Shown: in pieces, positions 9,580 to 18,870 of the stretch
Layout: every line of letters begins with the position of its first letter
Position numbering within the stretch: position 1 is the stretch's first letter
From: an uncultured SAR116 cluster alpha proteobacterium
Lineage (GTDB): Bacteria; Pseudomonadota; Alphaproteobacteria; Puniceispirillales; Marisalimonadaceae
Assembly: GCA_902590245.1 (NCBI GenBank)
Contig: CACIWG010000001.1
Location: 1,747 to 65,746, forward strand
DNA length: 64,000 bases
Direction: 5' to 3'
Program-made: the position numbers and the translations under genes
Notes under the pieces: generated by a model
Told to the model about the DNA's origin: nothing
Databases searched by the model: none
What the model saw: the letters and a program-made list of their open reading frames with translations, nothing else

Positions 9580-10237
9580 AAGTATTCTTTCAAAAAAAAC
9601 GATTGATAAAGGAATATTCATAACTTTTGAAGGTGGAGAAGGATCTGGTAAATCTACGCAAATAAATTTTTTATCAAAGTTTTTAACTGAACAAAATATT
9701 GCACATCTTACAACTAGAGAGCCAGGAGGCACAGATTTTGGGGAACAAATTAGAAAAATTTTAGTCCAAGGCAATGTAGATAAACTTGATTCTTATTCAG
9801 AGTTTCTTTGTTTTGCAGCTTCAAGAAGAGAACATTTAAAAAATATTATTTTACCCGCGTTATCTGATAATAAAATAGTTTTATGTGATAGATTTATAGA
9901 TTCTTCAATAGTATATCAGGGAATGGTTGGTGGCTTAGATGAAGAAATTATATTGAAGGTTCATAATAATTTTTGTTTTAAAAAATATCCAGATTTAACT
10001 ATATTGCTCAATGTAAATTCAAAAACTGGATTAGCAAGAAAAAATAAAACAAAATTAGTTGAAAATAGGTTTGAAAATTTCAAAGAAGAATTTCATGAAC
10101 TTGTTCAAAAAAAATTTTTAGAGTTAGCAATTAAGCATAATGACAGATGTCGTGTCATTGATGCAAATAACGATAGAAACTTTATATTTAATGAAATTAT
10201 TGATCAAATAAAACATTTCTTTTCAGTCAACGCATAA
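9575..10237 (+). CDS. tmk: Thymidylate kinase; start codon unresolved
   Basis: In-frame stop-free region from 9575 encodes GIFITFEGGEGSGKSTQ (P-loop), TREPGGT and DRFIDSS. The first ATG/GTG/TTG in frame is only at 9923, after these motifs. Confidence 0.85.
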   Translation: MKSILSKKTIDKGIFITFEGGEGSGKSTQINFLSKFLTEQNIAHLTTREPGGTDFGEQIRKILVQGNVDKLDSYSEFLCFAASRREHLKNIILPALSDNKIVLCDRFIDSSIVYQGMVGGLDEEIILKVHNNFCFKKYPDLTILLNVNSKTGLARKNKTKLVENRFENFKEEFHELVQKKFLELAIKHNDRCRVIDANNDRNFIFNEIIDQIKHFFSVNA

Positions 10238-11232
10238 TGAATGAAATTTTCTGTTCAAAAAAAATAAAAATATCTATTGAAAAAATTTTAAATCAACACA
10301 ACACTTGTGCCTTTATTTTTCATGGTCAGGAGGGTGTCGGCAAAAGATCATTTGCAAATTATTTATCTAACAAGATATTACAATCAAAAAAGGAAAATAA
10401 TTATTTTAAAATTGAAACGTTTTTAAAACTTAATCAGTTGCAGAAAAAAAATGAAAATCTTTTCTTTAATAGCACTCACCCTGATGTATTTATACTTGAA
10501 GAACAAAATAATAGATCTATAAAAATAGATAAAGTAAGAGAATTAAAAAAATTTTTAGGTCAAACACCATCTATTTCAGAATATAAAATAATCATTATAG
10601 ATACTATTGAACAATTAACTATAAACGCAAATAACTCTTTATTAAAAAGTTTAGAAGAAACAAATCATAATACATATGTCTTTTTAATATCACACAATTT
10701 AGAAAATGTTATTAAAACCATTCAATCCAGAGTTTTTAAATTTTATTTTAACCCAATTTCAAAAGAAGAATTCATTTCTTTATTAAGTAATAAAAAAAAA
10801 TTTAGCTTCAGCAATGAAGAGTTAATTTTAGTCAATAACTTATTTAATTTTAGCCCAGGTAAATTTATTCAATTTTACACTAAAGAAAACTCTTTAATAA
10901 ATGACTATGTTCAGTTTATAGAAAATTTTACAACTAAAAATTCCTCACCAGAGAGAAAATCATGCATTATCAATATTGACCTGAATTTAAAAATATTATT
11001 TATAAATAATTTTATAAAGAACATTCTATCTTACTTTGTAGACAAAAAATTTAGTAGTTTAACAATTAATTTTGAAAAAGAAATTATTAAAAACTTAAAT
11101 TTAAATAGCGTTTTAGTAGATAAAATATATAATGAATATAACTTGTTTCAGTCACTTCTGAGAGATGCTTTAGTATATAATTCAAACATAGATGATTTAA
11201 TAGAAATTTTTTTAAAAAAAATTGATTTATGA
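10237..11232 (+). CDS. holB: DNA polymerase III delta' subunit
   Basis: 331 aa with AAA+ clamp-loader-like FHGQEGVGKRSFA and IIIIDTIEQL. Sits in the conserved tmk-holB-metG-tatD order. Confidence 0.8.
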   Translation: MNEIFCSKKIKISIEKILNQHNTCAFIFHGQEGVGKRSFANYLSNKILQSKKENNYFKIETFLKLNQLQKKNENLFFNSTHPDVFILEEQNNRSIKIDKVRELKKFLGQTPSISEYKIIIIDTIEQLTINANNSLLKSLEETNHNTYVFLISHNLENVIKTIQSRVFKFYFNPISKEEFISLLSNKKKFSFSNEELILVNNLFNFSPGKFIQFYTKENSLINDYVQFIENFTTKNSSPERKSCIINIDLNLKILFINNFIKNILSYFVDKKFSSLTINFEKEIIKNLNLNSVLVDKIYNEYNLFQSLLRDALVYNSNIDDLIEIFLKKIDL

Positions 11233-12743
11233 AAAACTTTTATATAACTACACCAATTTATTATGTAAATGACTCTCCACATATTGGCCATGCTTATACG
11301 AGTTTATGCTGTGATTATATTGCAAGATTTAAAAAGTTAGATGGCTTTAACGTTAGATTTTTAACAGGAACAGATGAACATGGTCAAAAAGTTGAAAATG
11401 CAGCTAATGCTAAACAAATAGAACCGAAAGATTTTGTTAATGAAGTTTCAAAAAATTTTTTAAAATTAACTGATATCTTAAATTTATCAAATTCAGATTT
11501 TATAAGAACTACTCAGCAAAGACATTTAAACACTTGTGAGCACTTATGGAAAAAACTTTATAGTGAAGGTCACATTTATTTAGATAAATATTCTGGATGG
11601 TATTCTGTTAGAGATGAAGCTTATTTTCAAGAAAGTGAGCTAGTAGATGGCAAAGCTCCAACAGGAGCTGAAGTTGAATGGGTTGAAGAACCTTCATATT
11701 TTTTTAATTTGTCAAAGTGGCAAGGTAAATTATTGGACTTTTATAAAAAAAACCCTGATTTTATACTTCCACAATCTAGAAAAAATGAAGTCCTAAATTT
11801 TGTTAAAAGCGGGTTAAAAGACTTGTCAATAAGTAGAACTAGTTTTAGCTGGGGCATAAAAGTTCCAAATGACCCAAAACATATAATGTATGTATGGTTA
11901 GATGCTCTGACTAACTATATAACTTATTCGGGATACGGAGCTAATGAAAAAGAATTTAAAGTTAATTGGCCTGCTGATCTTCATGTTGTTGGAAAAGATA
12001 TTTTAAGATTTCATGCTGTTTATTGGCCAGCTTTTTTAATGGCAGCGGATTTACTATTACCAAAAAGAGTTTTTGCACATGGATGGTGGACTAATGAAGG
12101 AGAGAAAATTTCAAAATCTCTTGGAAATGTTATTGATCCTTTTAAATTGATTGAGCAATATGGCTTAGATCAAGTAAGATATTTTTTATTAAGAGAGGTG
12201 CCGTTTGGAAATGATGGTGATTTTTCTAGATCACATTTAGTTCAGAGGATCAATAGTGAATTAGCTAATAATCTTGGAAACTTAGTCCAAAGAGTTGTAT
12301 CATTTTGTATGAAAAACACTCTTGCAAAAGTTCCGGATCATAAAAATAACTTTAAAAAAGATGATTTGGAAATCATCAATTCTTTTGAAACTGAAATTTC
12401 TTCTTTGAGAAATTTAATAGATAAACAAAAATTAGATGAATCATTAAAAGAAATTTGGATTAAAATTTCCAAATCTAACAAATATATTGATGAGCAAGCA
12501 CCTTGGAATTTAAAAAATGATAATATTGAAAGAATGAATGTTGTTTTATACTGTTTGCTTGAAAGTATTCGTCAAATTGGCATATTGATACAACCTATAA
12601 TGCCCAATTCTGGAAATAAAATCTTAAATATTTTCGGCTTAGATAATAATCAAAGATTTTTTAATCAACTTGGATCAAAATTAGTGGTTGGAACAGACTT
12701 AATAAAACAAGATGTGATGTTTCAAAGAATTGAAAACCAATGA
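11229..12743 (+). CDS. metG: Methionyl-tRNA synthetase
   Basis: 504 aa with HIGH (PHIGHAYT) and KMSKS-type (KISKSLGN) class I motifs. Confidence 0.95.
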   Translation: MKNFYITTPIYYVNDSPHIGHAYTSLCCDYIARFKKLDGFNVRFLTGTDEHGQKVENAANAKQIEPKDFVNEVSKNFLKLTDILNLSNSDFIRTTQQRHLNTCEHLWKKLYSEGHIYLDKYSGWYSVRDEAYFQESELVDGKAPTGAEVEWVEEPSYFFNLSKWQGKLLDFYKKNPDFILPQSRKNEVLNFVKSGLKDLSISRTSFSWGIKVPNDPKHIMYVWLDALTNYITYSGYGANEKEFKVNWPADLHVVGKDILRFHAVYWPAFLMAADLLLPKRVFAHGWWTNEGEKISKSLGNVIDPFKLIEQYGLDQVRYFLLREVPFGNDGDFSRSHLVQRINSELANNLGNLVQRVVSFCMKNTLAKVPDHKNNFKKDDLEIINSFETEISSLRNLIDKQKLDESLKEIWIKISKSNKYIDEQAPWNLKNDNIERMNVVLYCLLESIRQIGILIQPIMPNSGNKILNIFGLDNNQRFFNQLGSKLVVGTDLIKQDVMFQRIENQ

Positions 12744-13543
12744 ATGATATAAGAATTATAGACACCCATTGCCATCTAGACTTTAGCGAATTAAAAACAA
12801 GATTAGATGAAGTTATAAAAGATGCTAAAACTAATAATGTCACTGATATGGTAACTATATCTACTAACTTAAGCCGCATTAATGCAATTAAAGATATTTC
12901 AGAACTATATCAAGAGATTTTTTTTACAGTTGGCGTTCATCCAAATGAAGCGCATAAAGATAAGCAATTTAATGACCATAATTTTATGGAAAATTATTCT
13001 AAACATGAAAAATGTGTTGGAATAGGAGAGGGTGGTTTAGATTATTATTACAACAAGAAAAACATGAAATTGCAAAAAAGGTCATTAGAAGTTCAAATCA
13101 GTGTTGCTAGATCCACTAATTTACCAATGATAATTCATTCAAGAGATGCAGATGACGACATGATAGAAATACTTCAAGCAGAATATAAAAATGGTCCTTT
13201 CAAAGGAATTCTTCATTGTTTTAGCTCTGGAGAAGAATTAGCATATTGTGGACTTGATTTAGATTTTTTTATCTCATTTTCAGGAATATTAACTTTTAAT
13301 TCTGCCAAAAATATTCAAAAAATTGCAAAGAACATTCCATTAAGCAAAATATTAGTTGAAACTGATGCACCTTATTTGGCACCTTCACCAGTAAGAGGAA
13401 CAGTAAATGAGCCTAAAAACTGTCTACACACTGCCCAATTTCTATCTAAACTGAGAAATGTCAACTTTTTTGAGTTAAGTGAGACTTTATATAATAATTC
13501 ACTTACCATCTATGATAAAATTAAACTTTGGAAAGATAAATGA
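12740..13543 (+). CDS. tatD: TatD-family metal-dependent deoxyribonuclease/hydrolase
   Basis: 267 aa with IDTHCHLD, GEGGLDYY, IHSRDA and ETDAPYL motifs. ATGA overlap with metG. Confidence 0.9.
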   Translation: MNDIRIIDTHCHLDFSELKTRLDEVIKDAKTNNVTDMVTISTNLSRINAIKDISELYQEIFFTVGVHPNEAHKDKQFNDHNFMENYSKHEKCVGIGEGGLDYYYNKKNMKLQKRSLEVQISVARSTNLPMIIHSRDADDDMIEILQAEYKNGPFKGILHCFSSGEELAYCGLDLDFFISFSGILTFNSAKNIQKIAKNIPLSKILVETDAPYLAPSPVRGTVNEPKNCLHTAQFLSKLRNVNFFELSETLYNNSLTIYDKIKLWKDK

Positions 13544-14316
13544 AAATAACATTGTTAGGAACTGGGACATCAGTTGGCATACCTTCATTGGGTCAACTAG
13601 GATGGGGAAAATGTAACCCACAAAATCCAAAGAATAAACGGCAAAGATGTGCAGTTTTAATTCAATCTAATAATACAAATGTCTTGATTGATGCTGGGCC
13701 AGATATTAAGAATCAACTAATTAGTCATAAATTACCATCATTAGATGCAATAATCATCACACATGAACATGCAGATCATATATCTGGCTTAGATGAATTA
13801 AGACCTTTCTATTTTCCTAAACAAGAAAAGATAAACATTTACACTATTGAAAGAACTGCAACATTTTTATTAAATAGATTTAACTATCTTTTTAAAAAGG
13901 ATGAAAAATCACAATCTTATTTCAAACCACCAATGAATTTAAACATATTAAATTATTACGATGAAATTAATTTCAATGATATTAATATTAAAACAATTAA
14001 ACAACACCATGGTGCCATAGATACAATTGGAGTCATTATTAATGATAAATTTGCATATTGTACTGATGTAGTTGATTTTCCCAATGATAGTTTTCATCAT
14101 CTCAAAAATTTAGATACTTTAATCATTACAGGGTTAAGGTCTAAACCTCATATTGCTCATGCACATTTTGATTTAACATTTAGTTGGATTAATGAACTTA
14201 AGCCTAAAAAAGCATATTTAACACATTTAAGTCCTGATAGCGATCATGATCATGTTTTAAGTTTATGTCCTGATAATGTTGAACCAGCATATGATAATAT
14301 GTATTTCAATATATAG
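13540..14316 (+). CDS. MBL-fold metallo-hydrolase (PhnP/GPMB-like)
   Basis: 258 aa with the ITHEHADHISG (HxHxDH) motif. ATGA overlap with tatD. Confidence 0.8.
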   Translation: MKITLLGTGTSVGIPSLGQLGWGKCNPQNPKNKRQRCAVLIQSNNTNVLIDAGPDIKNQLISHKLPSLDAIIITHEHADHISGLDELRPFYFPKQEKINIYTIERTATFLLNRFNYLFKKDEKSQSYFKPPMNLNILNYYDEINFNDINIKTIKQHHGAIDTIGVIINDKFAYCTDVVDFPNDSFHHLKNLDTLIITGLRSKPHIAHAHFDLTFSWINELKPKKAYLTHLSPDSDHDHVLSLCPDNVEPAYDNMYFNI

Positions 14317-14421
14317 ATTTACTTCATAATATATATTATGCGACAAATATGTATTAAATAATAATAGAGGTAAGATAAAGTTAAGTATAAATAACAATAC
14401 CTTACCCTATAAATATTAATA

Positions 14422-14610
14422 TTAATCCTTAAATATCTTTTCAAACTTTGGTGCAGATAAATTGCAAGGTTTATACCAGGCTGCTTTAGACTTATCTACA
14501 GGTTTTGAGCACATTTCAGCCCAACTCGGAACCATTTCATTATAGGATGCACAACTAGATAAAAATAAAGAACTAAACCCAATTGTTAAAAATAATTTAA
14601 TTTTTTTCAT
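14422..14610 (-). CDS. Small lipoprotein, hypothetical
   Basis: 62 aa with signal peptide and lipobox LFLSSC. Lies 11 bp downstream of the cupin gene on the same strand. Confidence 0.5.
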   Translation of the reverse strand: MKKIKLFLTIGFSSLFLSSCASYNEMVPSWAEMCSKPVDKSKAAWYKPCNLSAPKFEKIFKD

Positions 14611-14621
14611 ATAATCTCCTT

Positions 14622-14999
14622 TTAAAGTTTTATTGTTTCGAATTCTGATGGGCTTGTTATTTCAATTAATTCTAAATCATCTGAGTGTTCTATTTCTCTG
14701 TGGTGAATCTCAGGAGGCTGATAAATCACGTCACCTGGATAAAAAGTAAATTCTCCATGCCCTTTATATTCAAATTTAACTGTTCCATTAAGAATGTAGA
14801 CCATTTGAAAATCAACTTTATGATAATGCCATTCACCATTGGCATGTTTACCTTCAATTGCTCTAATTACATTTGCACCAAAATTTCCAGATGTAGCTTC
14901 TTCAATGCCTAAATTTTTATATTCAAAAAAACCTCTTAATCCAGATTCAAATTTATTTTCATTTGCTCTAGTAATTTTAAATTTCATTTCATTCTCCAA
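14622..14999 (-). CDS. Cupin-domain protein
   Basis: 125 aa with a cupin-like GEWHYH...P.EIHHREIEHS pattern. Confidence 0.7.
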   Translation of the reverse strand: MENEMKFKITRANENKFESGLRGFFEYKNLGIEEATSGNFGANVIRAIEGKHANGEWHYHKVDFQMVYILNGTVKFEYKGHGEFTFYPGDVIYQPPEIHHREIEHSDDLELIEITSPSEFETIKL

Positions 15000-15012
15000 T
15001 ATAAAGGTTGTG

Positions 15013-15228
15013 CTAATGAATTGAAGGCGTTATTTCATTTGCAAATCTATCAAGCCCTTTGATGCCGCCTCCATTATAAACCAGATGTATATAATTAACT
15101 CCCCCTTCTTTTTAATTCATAAAGCCTATTAATATTGCACTATCTATATCTGAATTTATAGGTACTGATTTAACACTACCAAATAAACCAAATTTCGTAA
15201 TATTTAGTATAATAAAAAATAATTTAGT
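15013..15228 (-). pseudogene. Possible gene remnant (protein-like frame with one in-frame TAA, no start)
   Basis: Minus frame reads ...KFGLFGSVKSVPINSDIDSAILIGFMN*KEGGVNYIHLVYNGGGIKGLDRFANEITPSIH*. Locally more GC-rich than the flanking spacer. Confidence 0.25.
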
Positions 15229-15247
15229 TCATAGAACAAAATCATTT

Positions 15248-16348
15248 ATGGTAGAATTAAATAGAAATTCTTTGGAGGAAATTGTGGAATTAAGGCCTTA
15301 CGGACCTACTGCTGGTCGTCAAAACTCAGATAAAAAAGTTAATTATACATCAAACAAAACAATTGATGCTCATTGCCATTTACATGTTCAAGAAGCAGCA
15401 GACTTAGTATCAGATTTGTTTGACCCAATGCAAGTGCCTGCTTTTAAAACAACGAATGAAATAACATCAAAACAAAATCAACAACAAGCCAAAGACAGAG
15501 CTTTGCATTTAACAGATTTAGATCAAAGACTTAGAGACATGGATAGGCAAGGTATAGATATACAATTACTAATTCCAGTTCCATTTCAAGCCTATTATGC
15601 AATTAGAAATGACAGAGGTCATAAAGCCATTCAAATTATTAATAATACCTTATCCAAAACAGCTGAAAAAAGACCTGATAGATTTTTAGCTCTTGGCACA
15701 CTTCCTATGCAAGATGGGGATGCTGCTGCACGTGAAATGGAGAGAGGTATTAAAGAACTTGGTTTAAAAGGATTTCAAGTTTTAGGTACTGTTGATGGGC
15801 ATGAGCTTTCAGATCCAATTCATGACCCTGTCTGGGAAATGGCTGAAAAATATGACACTCTCATTTTTTTGCATCCTAATGGATATCCTCAGGGCGATAG
15901 AATTAAAGACCATTACTTTAACAATGTTATTGGAAATCCATTAGATACAACCGTAGCTCTTCATCATTTAATTTTTGATGGCACATTAGAAAAATTTCCA
16001 AATTTAAAAATATTTGTTGCTCATGGTGGTGGTTATTTACCAGCTTATTCTGGAAGAATTGATCATGCATGGGGCGCGAGACCTGATTGTCGTTTATTAA
16101 TTAAGGACCCCCCTACTTCATATTTGAAAAAATTATATTTTGATACAGTTGTATTTAGTTATGAACAGCTGAAATATTTAGTTGATACATTTAGCTCAGA
16201 TAACATAATTATGGGAACAGACTATCCTTATGATATGGCTGAAGATAATCCAGTACAACATGTTATAGAAACTGTTGGTTTAACAGATGAAGATAAAAGA
16301 AAAATTACTGGTGAAAATATAGCTAAATTACTGAAAATTAATATTTAA
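15248..16348 (+). CDS. Amidohydrolase-2 family protein (ACMSD-like decarboxylase/hydrolase)
   Basis: 366 aa with IDAHCHLH metal ligands, VAHGGG and MGTDYPYD. Confidence 0.8.
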   Translation: MVELNRNSLEEIVELRPYGPTAGRQNSDKKVNYTSNKTIDAHCHLHVQEAADLVSDLFDPMQVPAFKTTNEITSKQNQQQAKDRALHLTDLDQRLRDMDRQGIDIQLLIPVPFQAYYAIRNDRGHKAIQIINNTLSKTAEKRPDRFLALGTLPMQDGDAAAREMERGIKELGLKGFQVLGTVDGHELSDPIHDPVWEMAEKYDTLIFLHPNGYPQGDRIKDHYFNNVIGNPLDTTVALHHLIFDGTLEKFPNLKIFVAHGGGYLPAYSGRIDHAWGARPDCRLLIKDPPTSYLKKLYFDTVVFSYEQLKYLVDTFSSDNIIMGTDYPYDMAEDNPVQHVIETVGLTDEDKRKITGENIAKLLKINI

Positions 16349-16381
16349 AATATTAAGTAACAATTAAATCTAATTGGGTTA

Positions 16382-17422
16382 ATGATGATCAATCAAATTA
16401 ATGTTGGTGTTATTGGAACTGGATGGTGTGGTGGCATACGGGCAAACGCATGCCATGACAATCCTTTAGTGAATAAATTATTTTTAGCTGAAACAAACAC
16501 TAAAAGACTCAACGAATTAAAAAATTCTTTGGACATAGAAGGCGCAACAGAAAACTGGAAAGAATTAATAAATAATGATGAAATTGATACCATTATTATT
16601 TCAGCGACACCTGAAACCACTCATTACCCTATGGCATTAGCTGCTTTAGAGGCAGGAAAAAATGTATTTTTAGAGAAGCCTATATCTACTACTTTAGAAG
16701 AAGCAGAAGAATTAATAAATGTGTCGATAAAAAATAATTTAAAATTCACAATTGGTTATTCTCAAAGATTTAATGCAAAATATGCATATGTTAAAAAATC
16801 TCTACAAGAAAATATTATTGGTGAACCAGTCACATGTTTAGTTAGCAGACATATAACTCGAGAATTAGGTGAAAAAATATCTGGAAGAACAGCTCTATCC
16901 CCTGCGGCAATGGAATCCACGCATGATTTAGACTTTTTGTTGTGGTGTTTGCAACCAAGAAAGCCAGTAAAAGTTTATAGCCAGACGGCTGGAAAACTTT
17001 TTTCTAAAAAAAGTAATACTCCTGACCATCAGTGGATTATAGTTACTTTAGATGATGGGATGACTATAACTGTTGGTGGAGGATGGATATTGCCACTTGG
17101 TTATCCAAATTATTCTCATACTTGGATAGAAGTTATTGGTACAGATGGATCATTATTTATTGATGACAGTCATAAGGATGTACATTTGAATACTGTTAAA
17201 GATGGAATTAGATACCCTATGTCTTCCATGCCTGGAGAACCTGTTGAACATACTCATGCTGGTCCAATGCATGAAGAAACAATGCATTTTATAAACGCAG
17301 TAGCAACTGATAAACCTGTTCTAGTTAAGCCAGAAGAAGCTAAAGCAGTTATGGAATTGTATATTGCAGCAGATTTATCTGCTGAAAGAGGAGAGCCTAT
17401 AACTTTGCCAAGGAATAAATAA
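16382..17422 (+). CDS. Gfo/Idh/MocA-family NAD(P)-dependent oxidoreductase
   Basis: 346 aa with N-terminal Rossmann VGVIGTGWCG and the EKP motif (FLEKPIS). Confidence 0.85.
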   Translation: MMINQINVGVIGTGWCGGIRANACHDNPLVNKLFLAETNTKRLNELKNSLDIEGATENWKELINNDEIDTIIISATPETTHYPMALAALEAGKNVFLEKPISTTLEEAEELINVSIKNNLKFTIGYSQRFNAKYAYVKKSLQENIIGEPVTCLVSRHITRELGEKISGRTALSPAAMESTHDLDFLLWCLQPRKPVKVYSQTAGKLFSKKSNTPDHQWIIVTLDDGMTITVGGGWILPLGYPNYSHTWIEVIGTDGSLFIDDSHKDVHLNTVKDGIRYPMSSMPGEPVEHTHAGPMHEETMHFINAVATDKPVLVKPEEAKAVMELYIAADLSAERGEPITLPRNK

Positions 17423-17511
17423 TGAAATTTAATAAATTTTCTCCAAATTTATTAAGTGGTTTAATTAGTATTTTATTTGGGATTTTCATCTATTCTAAAG
17501 TTCTTGTATAA
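17422..17511 (+). CDS. Candidate 29-aa single-TM small protein
   Basis: ATG overlaps the oxidoreductase stop (TAATG). Encodes MKFNKFSPNLLSGLISILFGIFIYSKVLV. Confidence 0.25.
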   Translation: MKFNKFSPNLLSGLISILFGIFIYSKVLV

Positions 17512-17576
17512 AAAATTAAAATGATTTTGACATTATCTAAAAATTAATTTAATAAATGTAAAATTTTGTAAATAAG

Positions 17577-17939
17577 TTGGGTAAATATATGCAAAAAATT
17601 ATATATAATTCTTGGAACATTGTTATGAACCATAACATAAATCCTCTTAGAAATATTACAAATACGCACGTAAGACATATAGTTATGCAAATCTTAGCTC
17701 TGATGTGGTGTGTAGCATTTTCTATGTATTTTACTAGCATTTGGTTATTTGGAATAACAACAATTGCTCATATAATTTTATTGAGTGCGGTTGCATTTAC
17801 TGTAACAACCTTTGAAACCGCTAAAAGAAATCCTAGATTTTTTGGTAATTACTACACACCCAGTAGGAGTCGTGCAATTTATGTAAATGGAAAAAGAATA
17901 GAATTAGATCCAAATGATAAAGGTGGAGAACACGAATAA
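17577..17939 (+). CDS. Hypothetical membrane protein (2 predicted TM segments)
   Basis: 120-aa ORF with hydrophobic stretches ILALMWCVAFSMYF and ITTIAHIILLSAVAFTV. Start uncertain (TTG 17577, or ATG 17589/17625). Confidence 0.5.
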   Translation: MGKYMQKIIYNSWNIVMNHNINPLRNITNTHVRHIVMQILALMWCVAFSMYFTSIWLFGITTIAHIILLSAVAFTVTTFETAKRNPRFFGNYYTPSRSRAIYVNGKRIELDPNDKGGEHE

Positions 17940-18030
17940 ATTACTATTAAGGTATATAATAAATGAGTTCTTAAATTTTTTTTACCACCTACTTAATAAT
18001 AAATTACTAGTTTATTAAAATTTTTTTTAA

Positions 18031-18273
18031 TTAAATAATACCTCTTAACATTGAAAAGTACGGAATTATTTTAGATATAATTGTTTGAAATAGTGTAAAA
18101 GGATTAAGTCCAAACCTTGGTAAAATAAAAAACAAAATACCTACAATTATCAATGTGAATGCAATAGGAATAATAAACTTTACAAGACCATTTTGTCTTT
18201 TAGACATAATGAAATTCGTAACAAAATATATAATTGTAAAAATTAGAACTAAAAAAATAATAATTTTTAACAT
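18031..18273 (-). CDS. Hypothetical small membrane protein
   Basis: 80 aa with two strongly hydrophobic segments. Confidence 0.45.
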   Translation of the reverse strand: MLKIIIFLVLIFTIIYFVTNFIMSKRQNGLVKFIIPIAFTLIIVGILFFILPRFGLNPFTLFQTIISKIIPYFSMLRGII

Positions 18274-18287
18274 TCAATAAATTACTC

Positions 18288-18608
18288 TTATTGTTTTAAA
18301 TTATTTTTAAAATCGTCAGACATAATTATCTCTGATTCCCCTCCTACAGCAGTCATGATCGCTCCCATATCATTAAATTCTCTAGATGTTTTTTGCCAAT
18401 CTTTTCTACCTTTATCAAAATGTTTTTTTGATATCCAATACTTTACATAAATAATACTAGTCTCAGATGCATCAACAGTAGTTTGTTTTATAAGACCAAC
18501 TTTCAATTGTTCTTCTGTGACTTCTTTATTTAATAACTTAAAAGCTTTTTTGGCTCTTTCATTAGGGCATTTTATAGTAACTATTCTTATAAACATTTTT
18601 AAATTCAA
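18288..18608 (-). CDS. Hypothetical protein
   Basis: 106-aa ORF with no motif I recognise. Confidence 0.45.
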   Translation of the reverse strand: MNLKMFIRIVTIKCPNERAKKAFKLLNKEVTEEQLKVGLIKQTTVDASETSIIYVKYWISKKHFDKGRKDWQKTSREFNDMGAIMTAVGGESEIIMSDDFKNNLKQ

Positions 18609-18870
18609 TCTACTTTTTTAATGTCAGATATACTTATACTTCAATATAATAAATAAAAATTCAATAGTTTAAAATTATTACATGCAAGAAAGTCTAGTAT
18701 CAAACCTATAACGTATTTAGAATCTGTTAATGAACTTGAAACATTAGAGCATGATGGTGAGCTTATAACACCTAATATCATCAAGTTTCTGGAGAAAAAA
18801 TTTAATTAGACCAATTAAATTTTCTGGTTTATTCTTTCTTTAAATTTTTAACCTAATATTATTTTTTAAA

